Below the pieces are notes generated by a model. The model searched no databases. It was not told where the DNA came from and worked only from the letters and a program-made list of their open reading frames with translations. This document shows positions 37,654-47,511 of a stretch of DNA of 64,000 nucleotides, piece after piece (position 1 is the stretch's first letter; every line of letters starts with the position of its first letter). Where the stretch lies: assembly GCA_965116955.1 (NCBI GenBank), contig OZ220742.1:2703516-2767515 (forward strand). The letters run 5' to 3'. A program made the translations under genes and the position numbers. The stretch comes from Thermoanaerobaculia bacterium. GTDB lineage: Bacteria; Acidobacteriota; Thermoanaerobaculia; Multivoradales; Multivoraceae.

Positions 37654-38613
37654 CTACGGGTCGATTCGGGCCAAGGCCCGGATCGACTCCTCGATCTCCC
37701 GCGGTGCTGCGTCGGGTACGCCGCAGCGGGCGATGACGTGGGTCATCCCGATGCGCTCGCGGTAGCGGTCGAGGCCGGCGCGCACCTCATCGCGTCCGCC
37801 GACGATGGCCCAGTTCTCGATGTCCCCCAGTTCCTCTTCCTGCACGAGGCGGGTGCCGGCGCGCGCCATCCGGAGCGCCTGCGCGGTCAGGGCGGAAGCC
37901 ACCCGCTCGCAGGTGGCCCGGTCTTCCGAGATGAACACGGTGCGCATGACCGGGACGATCGGTCGCGGCGCCCCCTGCGGCAGAGCCTCGCGATGGAGCT
38001 CGTGGTTCCTGGTCAGACGTCCGATCGTCTCGAGCGGAGATGACAGGTAGGGAAGGCCCAGTTCGCCGGCCTGCTTGAGGGCCAGGGGGCCGAAGGCGGC
38101 GACCCATAGTTCCGGATGCGGCTGCTGCACCGGCAGCGGCGCGATCCGCACGGGTTGCCGCGCGCCGGGTTCGCCGACCTCGATCGCCTCGCCGGCCCAG
38201 GCGCGCTTCATCAAGTCGAGCGACTCGAGGAAACGCTCGCGCTTGGTGCGGGGATCGACGCCGAAGGCAGCGAACAGCGCGGGCCGGAAACCGCGGCCCA
38301 GGCCGAGGATGACCCGGCCGTTCGAGAGGCGATCGAGGACGGCGACCTCCTCGGCCGCCTGGAAGGCGTTGCGAACCGGCAGGAGGTATGAGGTCGTGCC
38401 CAGGCGAAGGCGTTTCGTCCTGGCCGCCGCGGCCGCCAGCACGACGATGGGCGACGGGCAGGCGGCCTGGCCCGTGAAGTGGCTCTCGGGCAGGAAGAGG
38501 GAGTGAAACCCGAGCCGGTCCGCGAACTCGGCCTGATCGGCGATCGCGGCAGCCTCGTCACCCAGGTAGTTGACCCAGGGGGTCAGTCCGATCTCGATGC
38601 TCGTCTCCGTCAG
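37654..38613 (-). CDS. LLM-class flavin/F420-dependent oxidoreductase. The start codon is unresolved; the only in-frame candidate giving a normal N-terminus (MTETSIEIGLTPW...) is a CTG overlapping the fadB-like stop as CTGA.
   Basis: LLM motifs are RLRLGTTSYLLPVRN, LDRLSNGRVILGLGRGF and LPVQQPHPELWVAA. The frame stays open and homologous upstream of the first GTG (38442) with no ATG/GTG/TTG present. Confidence 0.6.
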   Translation of the reverse strand: MTETSIEIGLTPWVNYLGDEAAAIADQAEFADRLGFHSLFLPESHFTGQAACPSPIVVLAAAAARTKRLRLGTTSYLLPVRNAFQAAEEVAVLDRLSNGRVILGLGRGFRPALFAAFGVDPRTKRERFLESLDLMKRAWAGEAIEVGEPGARQPVRIAPLPVQQPHPELWVAAFGPLALKQAGELGLPYLSSPLETIGRLTRNHELHREALPQGAPRPIVPVMRTVFISEDRATCERVASALTAQALRMARAGTRLVQEEELGDIENWAIVGGRDEVRAGLDRYRERIGMTHVIARCGVPDAAPREIEESIRALARIDP

Positions 38614-40700
38614 CCGGCTCTCCAGTCGCTGAAGCTCTTGCCGGCGTCGGCCAGCTCGGCCAACAGGGCCGAGGGCTGCCAGAAGTCGTCGCCCGCCTGG
38701 TCCGCGAACTCCCGCATCCGGTCGGCGATCTTCCCGAGGCCCACGCTGTCTCCCCAGTGCATCGGGCCGCCCCGGTACACCGGCCAGCCGTAGCCGTTGA
38801 CCCAGATCACGTCGATGTCCGACGGCCGGATCGCGATCCCTTCCTCCAGGATCTTCGCGCCCTCGTTCACCATCGGGTAGAGGCAGCGTTCGAGGATCTC
38901 CTCCTTGCCGACCTCGCGCTGCTTGATTCCCTGGGCGGAGCCGAAGTCGCTGATGATCTGCTCGACCTCGGGATCGGGCGCCGATGCGCGCGTTTCGGGG
39001 TCGTAGACGTAGTAGCCGCGGCCGTTCTTCTGGCCGCGCCGGCCGGACTCGCAGAGGATCTCGCGGATGTCGCGGGACGCCGACTCCTTCTCGTTCCAGC
39101 CGATGTCGAGGCCGGCCAGGTCGCTCATCGCGAACGGACCCATCGGGAAGCCGAAGTCGTACAGGACGCGGTCCACGTCGTAGTACTTCGCGCCCTGGAG
39201 GATGATCGCCTGCGCCTGCTGCTGGCGCTGGAACAGGATCCGGTTGCCGACGAAGCCGCGGCAGACGCCGACCAGCACCGGCACCTTGCCGATCTGCTTG
39301 GAGATCGTCATCGACGTATGGATCACGTCCTTCGCCGTCTTCTCGCCGCGCACGACCTCCAGCAGGCGCATGATGTTGGCCGGCGAGAAGAAGTGCATGC
39401 CGATCACGTCCTCGGGCCTCGTTGTGGCTGCGGCGATCTCGTTCACGTCGAGTGCCGAGGTGTTCGTGGCCAGGATGGCGCCCGGCTTCACGATCCGGTC
39501 GAGGCTGGCGAAGATCTCCTTCTTCAGATCCATGTTCTCGAACACGGCCTCGATCACGAGGTCACAATCGGCGAGCGCTTCGCGGTCGGTCACGCCGTTC
39601 AGCAGGCCCATGCACTGGTCGACCTGTTCCATCGTCATCCGGCCGCGGCTGGCGGTTCGTTCGTAGTTCTTGCGGATGACGCCGAAGCCGTGGTCGAGCC
39701 GGCTCTGCTCGGCCTCGACGATCGTCACGCCGATACCGCGGTTGGCGAAGTTCATCGAGATGCCGCCGCCCATCGTGCCGCAGCCGAGGACGCCGACCTT
39801 CTCGATCTTGCGCATCGGAGTGTCGCGCGGAACGTCGGGCACCTTGGCCGCCTCGCGCTCGGCGAAGAAGTAGTAGCGCTGGGCGATCGACTGCTTGCCG
39901 GACATGAGCTCGCCGAACAGCTTCCGCTCGTTGTCGAGCGCCTCGTCGAAGGACATGTCGAGACCGGCCTCGATGGCGCGGACGTTCGCTTCCGGCGCCT
40001 CGAAGCCGCGAGTGCGGCGGGCGATCTTGCGCCGGAAGCCGTCGAAGATCTCCTTCCGGTTGGCCCGCGCCTCGTTGACCTTCTCCTCCAGGTCGCGGAT
40101 CTTCTTGAGCGGCCGGGCCTCGGCGACAACCTTCTCGGCGAAGGCGATGCCGCCTTCGAACACGTCGTCGACGATCTCGTCGATCAGGCCGCCTTCGAGC
40201 GCCTCCGCGGCGCCGATCGGGTTGCCGATCACGCACATCTCGAGCGCCTTCGGGTACCCGACCAGCCGGGGCAGCCGCTGCGTGCCGCCGGCTCCCGGCA
40301 GAATCCCCAGCTTGACTTCGGGCTGGCCGAAGCGGGCCGACGCGACTCCCACCCGGTAGTGGCAGGCCATCGCCGTCTCCAGGCCGCCGCCGAGAGCGGT
40401 GCCGTGGATCGCCGCCACGACGGGCTTGGTCGCGTGCTCCATCGCCTCGATCGCCTCGTTGAGCCCCGGCTCCTTCATCGGCTTGCCGAACTCGGTGATG
40501 TCGGCGCCGGCGATGAACGTGCGGCCCTTGCAGACCAGGAGCACCGCGGCCACGTTGTCATCGGCTTCGGCCTTCGCCAGTCCCTCGACCATGCCGGCGC
40601 GCACGCCGTGGCTGAGCGCGTTGACGGGCGGGTTGTCGATCACGATCAGGGCGACCTTGCCGCGGACTTCGTAGTCGACCATGTCGGTGAGTGCAGTCAT
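38610..40700 (-). CDS. fadB: Fatty-acid oxidation multifunctional enzyme alpha subunit (enoyl-CoA hydratase / 3-hydroxyacyl-CoA dehydrogenase, FadB/FadJ-like).
   Basis: The N-terminal crotonase fold has FIAGADITEF and GTALGGGLE. The central 3HCDH Rossmann has VGVLGCGTMGGGI. The protein is 696 aa. Confidence 0.85.
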   Translation of the reverse strand: MTALTDMVDYEVRGKVALIVIDNPPVNALSHGVRAGMVEGLAKAEADDNVAAVLLVCKGRTFIAGADITEFGKPMKEPGLNEAIEAMEHATKPVVAAIHGTALGGGLETAMACHYRVGVASARFGQPEVKLGILPGAGGTQRLPRLVGYPKALEMCVIGNPIGAAEALEGGLIDEIVDDVFEGGIAFAEKVVAEARPLKKIRDLEEKVNEARANRKEIFDGFRRKIARRTRGFEAPEANVRAIEAGLDMSFDEALDNERKLFGELMSGKQSIAQRYYFFAEREAAKVPDVPRDTPMRKIEKVGVLGCGTMGGGISMNFANRGIGVTIVEAEQSRLDHGFGVIRKNYERTASRGRMTMEQVDQCMGLLNGVTDREALADCDLVIEAVFENMDLKKEIFASLDRIVKPGAILATNTSALDVNEIAAATTRPEDVIGMHFFSPANIMRLLEVVRGEKTAKDVIHTSMTISKQIGKVPVLVGVCRGFVGNRILFQRQQQAQAIILQGAKYYDVDRVLYDFGFPMGPFAMSDLAGLDIGWNEKESASRDIREILCESGRRGQKNGRGYYVYDPETRASAPDPEVEQIISDFGSAQGIKQREVGKEEILERCLYPMVNEGAKILEEGIAIRPSDIDVIWVNGYGWPVYRGGPMHWGDSVGLGKIADRMREFADQAGDDFWQPSALLAELADAGKSFSDWRAG

Positions 40701-40798
40701 GCTTCAGTTCTCTCCTGGCGCGCCTGCGCCCTGTGTTGGTTTACGCCGGTGGTTTGACGTTGGGAACGTGTGCAGAAAGCGAGCGGTAGCGTAGCCGC

Positions 40799-41533
40799 TC
40801 AGTGGGCGTGGCCCAGCCTGTCCAGAAAGCGCCGAATGCGGTCCGCGTTCTTGCCCAGGTCGCCGACTCCGACCTGGGACACGGAGCGCACGTCGACAGC
40901 CGCGGCGGCCCCCTCGGCCCGGACCCGGACCGAGACGAAGTCGACGAAGTGGAACCAGGGCGTCGTGTCGGCGAACTCGACCTGGCCGCTCTCGTCGTCG
41001 CCTCGGATCAGAACCCAGCCCATGTCTTCGGCCGTGTGCCGAACGCGCCAGAGCGCCTCCTGCCGCGAGATGTCCAGGTGCAGCGTGCCCAGGTCGGGAT
41101 AGCCCTGCCGCTGGAGATCGGGGACGCCCGCGCCGCCGCTCGGGTAGGCGAAGCCTCCGCCGCGACTGTCCTCGGAGGCGGCGGCGACGAAGGTCGGCGG
41201 ATCGTCGATGTTCGTCGTGATGTCGTGGATCGGCGGGGCGTCGGTCGTGCCGTAGCTGAGCACGAAGACCCAGCCGATGATCACCGTCGAGAGGACGGTC
41301 CCGCCCCATGCCTGCGAAGCGCCTCCGCGCCGCTGCCGGGGCCGCGTCCTGAGCATTCCGATCAGGCCGAGGATCAGGGCGACCGCGGCGCCCAGGGGCA
41401 TCAGGAAGGCGAACAGGCCGAAGCCCGCGACGGGAGCGATGAGGTCGAGTCGCGCGCCGAGCGCGCCGACGAGGCCGGTCACGAGCGCGAGGCCGGCCGC
41501 CAGAGGGGATGCGAGCGCGGTCGTTGAGTTCAT
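40799..41533 (-). CDS. DUF1499-like membrane-anchored hypothetical protein.
   Basis: Two N-terminal TM segments are followed by a soluble domain ending DLGKNADRIRRFLDRL. Confidence 0.5.
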   Translation of the reverse strand: MNSTTALASPLAAGLALVTGLVGALGARLDLIAPVAGFGLFAFLMPLGAAVALILGLIGMLRTRPRQRRGGASQAWGGTVLSTVIIGWVFVLSYGTTDAPPIHDITTNIDDPPTFVAAASEDSRGGGFAYPSGGAGVPDLQRQGYPDLGTLHLDISRQEALWRVRHTAEDMGWVLIRGDDESGQVEFADTTPWFHFVDFVSVRVRAEGAAAAVDVRSVSQVGVGDLGKNADRIRRFLDRLGHAH

Positions 41534-41697
41534 GGCGGGCGGAGGCTAGCAGCGTGCGCCGTGGAACGCAGCAAAGCAAGATCCAGGGCGCACACTGCTA
41601 GCGAGGTGGGGGCTGGGGCCAAACCGGGAGCTTGCGACAGGTTTGGCGGCGGCAGGACTTGCTACGGTTTGGCTGCCTCGTGAGCGACGCTCGTTCC

Positions 41698-43035
41698 ATG
41701 TTCCGCCGCCTGTGTGGACCGGCGTTGGCGGCGACGCTGGCCGCCTGCGGGGCCGGGCCAACGGACGGGACGTCCGAGCCGCTGCGGCCGAACATCGTGC
41801 TCTACGTCGTGGACACTGTCCGCGCGGACCGGTTGGGTGCCTACGGCTACGAGAAACCGACCTCGCCGCGGCTCGACGCGTTCGCGGCGGGCGCCGTCCT
41901 GTTCGAGAACGCCTACGCCCAGTCGTCGTGGACGCGGCCGGCGGTCGCGTCCCTGTTCACCGGCCTGCTGCCGCCGGCGCATCGCACCGTCGGCCGCCGT
42001 TCCGTGCTGCCCGAGGACGCGGAAACCCTGGCCGAGATCCTGGCCGCCAACGGCTATGAGGGCATGGGCCTGGTCCGCAATCCGAACGTCGGCCGTGCGT
42101 TCGGCTTCGCCCAGGGCTTCACCCGTTTCCGCAGCGAGGACCGCGAGCGCGACGAGACGATGCTCGACCGGGTGCGGCTGTGGCTGGATGAGCGCGAGGG
42201 GAACGAGCAGCCTTTCTTCCTCTTTCTGCACGCGATCGACCCCCATGGACCCTACGACCCGGCACCCGAGTTCGAGGAGATGTTCGAGGCCGGCGGGGCG
42301 CCCGAGCACTACCGGACCGTCCGCTACCTGCTGGGGTTGAACAGCGGCGACGTGGAGCCCGAGCCTGAGACCGTCGACCTGCTTTCGCGGCTGTACGACG
42401 CCGAGGTGGCCCAGAACGACCGCGCCTTCGGCGAGTTGCTCGACGAGCTGTCGGTTCGCGGCCTGGTCGAGGACACGGCGGTGATCTACGTCTCCGACCA
42501 CGGCGAGGAGTTCGCGGAGCACGGCCGCTGGGAGCACGGGCTCTCGCTCTACGAGGAGGTGCTGCGCGTCCCGCTCGTCATGCGCCTGCCCGGGGTGCCG
42601 GCAGGGCGTGTGGCAGAGCCGGCGCAGCACGTCGACGTGCTGCCGACGCTGCTCGGCTATCTCAGCATCGAGGCGCCGCCTACCGACGGACGCGACCTGC
42701 TGGCGCCGCGCCGCCGCGGCGACGATCCGCCGGATGTCTACACCCACCTCGACGTCGACGGCCACCGCGCCGCCTCGGTGATGCGCGGCCGCTACAAGCT
42801 CGTGCTGCCGCAGTCGCCCTCCCAGGGAACGGAGCCGATGCTCTTCGACCTGGAAGCGGATCCGGGCGAACTGGAAGATCTGGCCGCCGACCGGCCGGAC
42901 ATCGTGGAGCGGATGCACGGCCTGCTGGCCGAGCGAAACCTGGCCGACGAAGTCGAATCCGCCGAAGAGATCGAGGACGACCAGCTCGACGAGGACGTGC
43001 GCCGGCGGCTCAGGGCGCTGGGCTACGTGGACTGA
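41698..43035 (+). CDS. Sulfatase-like hydrolase/transferase (alkaline-phosphatase superfamily) lipoprotein. The canonical C/S-x-P-x-R formylglycine motif is not evident.
   Basis: The lipobox is LAAC. Sequence PNIVLYVVDTVRADRLGAYG supplies the metal-binding Asp, and PFFLFLHAIDPHGPY and IYVSDHGEEF match the sulfatase/AP fold. Confidence 0.75.
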   Translation: MFRRLCGPALAATLAACGAGPTDGTSEPLRPNIVLYVVDTVRADRLGAYGYEKPTSPRLDAFAAGAVLFENAYAQSSWTRPAVASLFTGLLPPAHRTVGRRSVLPEDAETLAEILAANGYEGMGLVRNPNVGRAFGFAQGFTRFRSEDRERDETMLDRVRLWLDEREGNEQPFFLFLHAIDPHGPYDPAPEFEEMFEAGGAPEHYRTVRYLLGLNSGDVEPEPETVDLLSRLYDAEVAQNDRAFGELLDELSVRGLVEDTAVIYVSDHGEEFAEHGRWEHGLSLYEEVLRVPLVMRLPGVPAGRVAEPAQHVDVLPTLLGYLSIEAPPTDGRDLLAPRRRGDDPPDVYTHLDVDGHRAASVMRGRYKLVLPQSPSQGTEPMLFDLEADPGELEDLAADRPDIVERMHGLLAERNLADEVESAEEIEDDQLDEDVRRRLRALGYVD

Positions 43036-44198
43036 GGAAACCGCCCCGGCGCGAGTTCCCGCAGGCAGGCGGCCAGCAGTTCGACTCCCTCGTGGATCCT
43101 GGCGACGGAGGGGCAGGCGTAGGCCAGACGCAGGAACGGTACGTCTTCGCCACCGGCGTGGTAGGCGGCGCCGTAGCCGTAGTCGAGGCCGCGCCGCTCG
43201 CTGATGGCGAACAGCGCTTCGCGGTCCACTTCTTCGGGCAGGCCGACCCACAGGAACATCGCGCCGGCGGGTTTGCGCCAGGTGCAGATGCCGCCGAGTT
43301 CTCGTTCCAGAGCGGCCAGCAACGCGTCACGCTTCGGCAGCAGGGCGGCGTTGTTGCGCTCGATCTGCGCGGGCAGACGGCCACGCAGCAGCTCCGCCAC
43401 GATGCTCGAGGAGAGTGTGCTCTGGCCAGCGTCGAAACGCTCGTCGAGAAACCGCTGCTGCAGGGGCTGTCTGGCCATCAGATAGCCGATGCGGACGCCT
43501 GCGCCGAGGATCTTGGACAGCGAGCCGATGTAGACGACGCCCTCGCCGTTCGCCAGCGCGTATAGGCTCTGCGGCGGCCGCGGCGCGTCGTCGTAGTGGA
43601 CGTCGCCGTAGCAGTTGTCCTCGACCAGGAGGACGTCGAAATCGCGCGCGGCCTCGATCATCTGGAGCCGGCGCTCGCGGGGCATCACGGCGCCGGTCGG
43701 GTTGTGGTAGGTCGGCAGCGTGTAGATGAAGCGCGGTTTGCGGCCGGCCGCGGTCAGGCCCTCGAGCGTTCGGCGGAGCGCGGCGATGTCCATCCCCTGC
43801 TCATCGACCGGGACGCCGACCAGCCGGTAGCCGAGCCCGCGGTAGGCGCCGAGCGTGCCCGAGTAGGTCGTCTCCTCCGTGATCACGACGTCGCCCGGCT
43901 CGTCCATCAGCACCCGGCCAACCAGCGTCACCGCCTGCATGGATCCGTTGGTCAGCGCGATCTCGTCGGGGTCGAAGTCCACGCCTTCGCGGTCCGCTTC
44001 GCGCCGGGCAAGCACCTCGCGCAGACCCGGATGGCCGAGATCGCCGGGGTAGAAGGCGAAGTTCTTTCCGATGTCGAGGATGGCGCGGCCGGCCGCCTCG
44101 GCCATCTCGGCGGCGGGGAAGGCTTCGGGCGCGGTCATGCCGACCCGCATCGGAATCTGCTCGGTGGCCGCTCTTGACGCTGTTCCTGGTTCGCTCAT
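43023..44198 (-). CDS. PLP-dependent aminotransferase (class I/II fold, MocR/GntR-aminotransferase-like catalytic domain).
   Basis: An internal Met MSEPGT.. starts about 391 aa with YIGSLSKILGAGVRIGY (PLP-Lys region) and NPTG. The ORF track's 766 aa version has an Arg/Pro-rich implausible extension. Confidence 0.75.
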   Translation of the reverse strand: MSEPGTASRAATEQIPMRVGMTAPEAFPAAEMAEAAGRAILDIGKNFAFYPGDLGHPGLREVLARREADREGVDFDPDEIALTNGSMQAVTLVGRVLMDEPGDVVITEETTYSGTLGAYRGLGYRLVGVPVDEQGMDIAALRRTLEGLTAAGRKPRFIYTLPTYHNPTGAVMPRERRLQMIEAARDFDVLLVEDNCYGDVHYDDAPRPPQSLYALANGEGVVYIGSLSKILGAGVRIGYLMARQPLQQRFLDERFDAGQSTLSSSIVAELLRGRLPAQIERNNAALLPKRDALLAALERELGGICTWRKPAGAMFLWVGLPEEVDREALFAISERRGLDYGYGAAYHAGGEDVPFLRLAYACPSVARIHEGVELLAACLRELAPGRFPQST

Positions 44199-44267
44199 TG
44201 CGGCGCGCACTGTAGCAGCGGTGTTACCCTCTGCCGCCTTACAACTGCCAGGCAAGGAGACCCCAAG

Positions 44268-45035
44268 ATGAAGGACCTCTTCGACCTCACCGGCAGGGTG
44301 AGCGTCATCACCGGATCGACGAAGGGCATCGGCAAGGCGATGGCGGAAGCCCTGGCAGCCTTCGGCTCGAAGGTCGTCATCTCGAGCCGCAAGGCGGATG
44401 CCTGCGAGGCGGTCGCGGCCGCGATCAACGAGCGCGGCGGCGAGGCGATCGCGCACCCCTGCCACGTCGGCCACAAGGACCAGTTGGAACGGCTGGTGGC
44501 GGCAACCCGCGAGCGCTGGGGGAAGATCGACAACCTCGTCGTCAACGCTGCGGTCAATCCCTACTACGGATCGAGCCTGGGCATTCCGGATTCGGCGTTC
44601 GACAAGGTGATGGAGGTCAACATTCGCAGCGTCCACTGGCTGTGCCAGATGGTCATTCCCGAGATGCAGGAGCGCAAGGACGGTTCGATCGTCATCGTGT
44701 CCTCCGTCGGCGGCTTTCGGGGCAACGCGGTGCTCGGCGCCTACGCGATCTCCAAGGCGGCGGACATGCAGCTCGCGCGGAATCTGGCAGCCGAGTTCGG
44801 TCCCGACAACATCCGTGTCAACGCCGTCTGCCCCGGACTCGTGAAGACCGACTTCGCCCGCGCCCTGTGGGAGGACCCGGAACGCGAAAAGGCGGTCGCC
44901 GGAAGAACGCCGCTCCGGCGGCTGGGCGAGCCGGTCGACTGCGCGGGCATCGCGGTCTACCTCGCCTCGCGTGCGGGTTCGTGGACCACGGGGCAGACGT
45001 TCACCGTCGACGGCGGAGTGTTGGGCTGCGGTTGA
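44268..45035 (+). CDS. SDR-family short-chain dehydrogenase/reductase.
   Basis: The cofactor-binding motif is TGSTKGIGKA. An NAAV segment is present, as is the catalytic YAISK (Y-x-x-x-K) motif. Confidence 0.85.
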   Translation: MKDLFDLTGRVSVITGSTKGIGKAMAEALAAFGSKVVISSRKADACEAVAAAINERGGEAIAHPCHVGHKDQLERLVAATRERWGKIDNLVVNAAVNPYYGSSLGIPDSAFDKVMEVNIRSVHWLCQMVIPEMQERKDGSIVIVSSVGGFRGNAVLGAYAISKAADMQLARNLAAEFGPDNIRVNAVCPGLVKTDFARALWEDPEREKAVAGRTPLRRLGEPVDCAGIAVYLASRAGSWTTGQTFTVDGGVLGCG

Positions 45036-46480
45036 TTCGGTTCCTCGTCGCGCTCGTCCTCCTGGCCGGCGCGGCGGTCGCGCAGCCGGCCGGCGACGCC
45101 GCTGACGCGGTGTTCCTCGCCAGCGGCGTTCGCGTGGGGGAGGTTGGTGCGACCTCGGCAGTGGTCTGGACGCGGACGACGGCCGAGCCGCAGCGGCGTT
45201 CAGGACAGGAGATCTCAGGCCGGCCGGTGGTGACGCTGGCGCGCGGTTCCGACGTATCGTCCCTCGAAGGCGCCGTGCCGGGCGAACCGGGGGAAGTGCG
45301 GGTCGTGGTGCGGCCGGCGGCATCGGCGGACGAGCCCGCCGGCAGAGCAGCGAGACGGCCCTCCGGCTGGCATCCGACCGGGGCCGAACGGGACTTCACG
45401 CACCAGGCGGCCTTCGACGATCTGACTCCGAACGCTCGCTACCTGGTCACCGTCGAGGCCCGGCCCGCGGGCGGCGGTGCGGACGCTCCCGCGACAGCGA
45501 TCGAGACCGCGACCTTCCGCACCGCGCCGACCTCTGATCAGCGGTCGCCCGTGCGGTTTACGGCGATGACCTGCCAGTACTACGGCCGCCGCGACCGCCC
45601 GGACGGCTTCCGCATCTACCCCTCGATGGCGGCCGGCCGGCCGGCCTTCTACCTGTCGATCGGCGACAACGTCTACTACGACAACGAGTCGCCGCGCGCG
45701 ACTTCGGTCGAGCTCGCCCGCTACCACTGGCAGCGGATGTTCACGCTGCCGGCGATCGCGTCCTTCCTGCGCTCGGTGCCCGGCTACTGGCTCAAGGACG
45801 ACCACGATCTGCTGCGCAACGACTCCTGGCCCGGGATCGACCCGGGCATCTCCGCGCCGATGACGTTCGAGGAGGGCCAGGCGGTCTTCGTCGAGCAGAT
45901 GCCCGCGCCGGAACGCCCGTATCGCACCGTCCGCTGGGGCAAGGGCGTGCAGCTCTGGCTGGTCGAGGGCCGCGACTTCCGCTCGCCCAACGACATGCCG
46001 GACGGTTCCGGCAAGACGATCTGGGGCGCCGAGCAGTGGCGGTGGCTGCGGGACTCCCTGCTAGCGAGCGACGCGGACTGGAAGATCCTCGTCTCGCCGA
46101 CGCCGATCGTCGGCCCGGACCGAAGCAGCAAGGCCGACAACCACGCCAACGCGGCCTTCAGCCACGAAGGCGACGCAATCCGCGAGTGGTTCCGTGCGAA
46201 CCTGGACGACAGCTTCCTGGTCATCGTCGGCGACCGTCACTGGCAGTACCACTCGGTCCACCCGGAGGCGAGGCTCGACGAGTTCTCGGTCGGGCCGGCC
46301 AGCGACGCCCACGCTGGCGGCACGCCGGGGGAGGATCCCGAGTACCACCGCTTCCACCGGGTCGGCGGCGGTTTCCTCAGCGTCGACGTCGACTGGGTCG
46401 GCGACCGGCCGCGGATCGTGCTCCGGCACCGGGACGTGTCCGGCCGTGTGGTCTACGAAGTGGAGCGCCTGGGTTCGTAG
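45032..46480 (+). CDS. PhoD-like alkaline phosphatase/phosphodiesterase, secreted.
   Basis: A TTG start overlaps the SDR stop (TTGA) and gives signal peptide MIRFLVALVLLAGAAVA. PhoD-family metallophosphatase motifs are FYLSIGDNVYYD, LKDDHDLLRND and VGDRHWQYHS. Confidence 0.7.
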   Translation: MIRFLVALVLLAGAAVAQPAGDAADAVFLASGVRVGEVGATSAVVWTRTTAEPQRRSGQEISGRPVVTLARGSDVSSLEGAVPGEPGEVRVVVRPAASADEPAGRAARRPSGWHPTGAERDFTHQAAFDDLTPNARYLVTVEARPAGGGADAPATAIETATFRTAPTSDQRSPVRFTAMTCQYYGRRDRPDGFRIYPSMAAGRPAFYLSIGDNVYYDNESPRATSVELARYHWQRMFTLPAIASFLRSVPGYWLKDDHDLLRNDSWPGIDPGISAPMTFEEGQAVFVEQMPAPERPYRTVRWGKGVQLWLVEGRDFRSPNDMPDGSGKTIWGAEQWRWLRDSLLASDADWKILVSPTPIVGPDRSSKADNHANAAFSHEGDAIREWFRANLDDSFLVIVGDRHWQYHSVHPEARLDEFSVGPASDAHAGGTPGEDPEYHRFHRVGGGFLSVDVDWVGDRPRIVLRHRDVSGRVVYEVERLGS

Positions 46481-46513
46481 TTGAGGGCCGGGTTCGCTCC
46501 CCGGGGGTCGGCG

Positions 46514-46942
46514 TCAGCCCTCCAGCCAGCGCTCGATGTGCTGAGCGAAGACCTCGAAGTCGTTCAGATCCTCGCCCAGGAATCGGGCCACGCGGTTCAG
46601 ATCGAGGTCGAGATAGCCGTGGACGATGATGTTCCGGAAGCCGGCCACGGCGCGGAAATGCTCGCCGAATTCCGCAGGCAGCACCCCTGACGCGACGAGG
46701 GAGTCGATGGAATCTCCGTAGGTCGGCGGGTCGTGACCTTCGGTCGACGCAACGTGGCTGGCTATGTCGAGCGCGTTCTGGATGCAGAGCAGTAGTCCCC
46801 GTTCTACTGCCCAGCGTCGGCTCGTGTTGGTGCGCAGCGACCGTACCGATGCGTCTTGGTGCCGCTGCAGTTCTCGGAGTGCGCCGCGGAGCGCGGTGAG
46901 ATGCCGCTCGATGATCTCCGGCTGGACCTGGCCCGGGCTCAC
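46514..46942 (-). CDS. hepT: HepT-family (DUF86) RNase toxin of a HepT/MntA toxin-antitoxin pair.
   Basis: The R-x4-H-x-Y motif appears as FRNIIVHGY. The protein is 142 aa, with a 4-nt overlap with the upstream MntA gene. Confidence 0.75.
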   Translation of the reverse strand: MSPGQVQPEIIERHLTALRGALRELQRHQDASVRSLRTNTSRRWAVERGLLLCIQNALDIASHVASTEGHDPPTYGDSIDSLVASGVLPAEFGEHFRAVAGFRNIIVHGYLDLDLNRVARFLGEDLNDFEVFAQHIERWLEG

Positions 46943-47391
46943 TCCCGTCGGTTCCGGTTCGCGTAGCGACGCGCGTCCGCCTGCTTCTTCAGTTGCGGCA
47001 AGAAGTCGAAGTAGCGCGAGAGGGCATAGCCGGCGCGGGTGGTCGTGGCTTTCAGGTCGCGGGTCACCAGCAGCTTGCCGTCGCGCAGGACGCGGTGGTA
47101 GAGCAGGGGCGGCGCCCGGTTCAGCAGGACGACGTCGATGTCGTTCGTTCCAAGCTCGGTCATCAGGTCGGTGATGAGTTCCGCGTCGTAGCCGTATGGC
47201 CCTGGCTCGGCCAGGTTCTCGTCGATGAACACGGCGACGTCGATATCGCTCAGGGCGCCCGCGTCGCCTCGCGCCTGCGAGCCGAAAAGGTAGGCGTCGA
47301 GGATCTCGAGCCGAGGCTCCAGGGCGCGAGTCAAGCGGGCCTGGAGGTCGGTGCCGCGGGCGGTCCTGCTTCCAGATTGCTCCTTGCCCAT
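46939..47391 (-). CDS. mntA: MntA-family minimal nucleotidyltransferase antitoxin (HepT partner).
   Basis: The G-S-x9-13-D-x-D motif appears as LFGSQARGDAGALSDIDVAV. The ATG at 47391 with an upstream GGAG is preferred over TTG at 47406. Confidence 0.75.
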   Translation of the reverse strand: MGKEQSGSRTARGTDLQARLTRALEPRLEILDAYLFGSQARGDAGALSDIDVAVFIDENLAEPGPYGYDAELITDLMTELGTNDIDVVLLNRAPPLLYHRVLRDGKLLVTRDLKATTTRAGYALSRYFDFLPQLKKQADARRYANRNRRE

Positions 47392-47511
47392 CTTCAAGAT
47401 CTCCAAGAGTGGAGAACGCGACTCTGCCGGTGCCTATCGTACAAGCGATGCGGCGTGTCGGCCGGCGGATCCCGATCCGTAGATTTCCTCGCCGGGAAGC
47501 CGGCGTGACGC

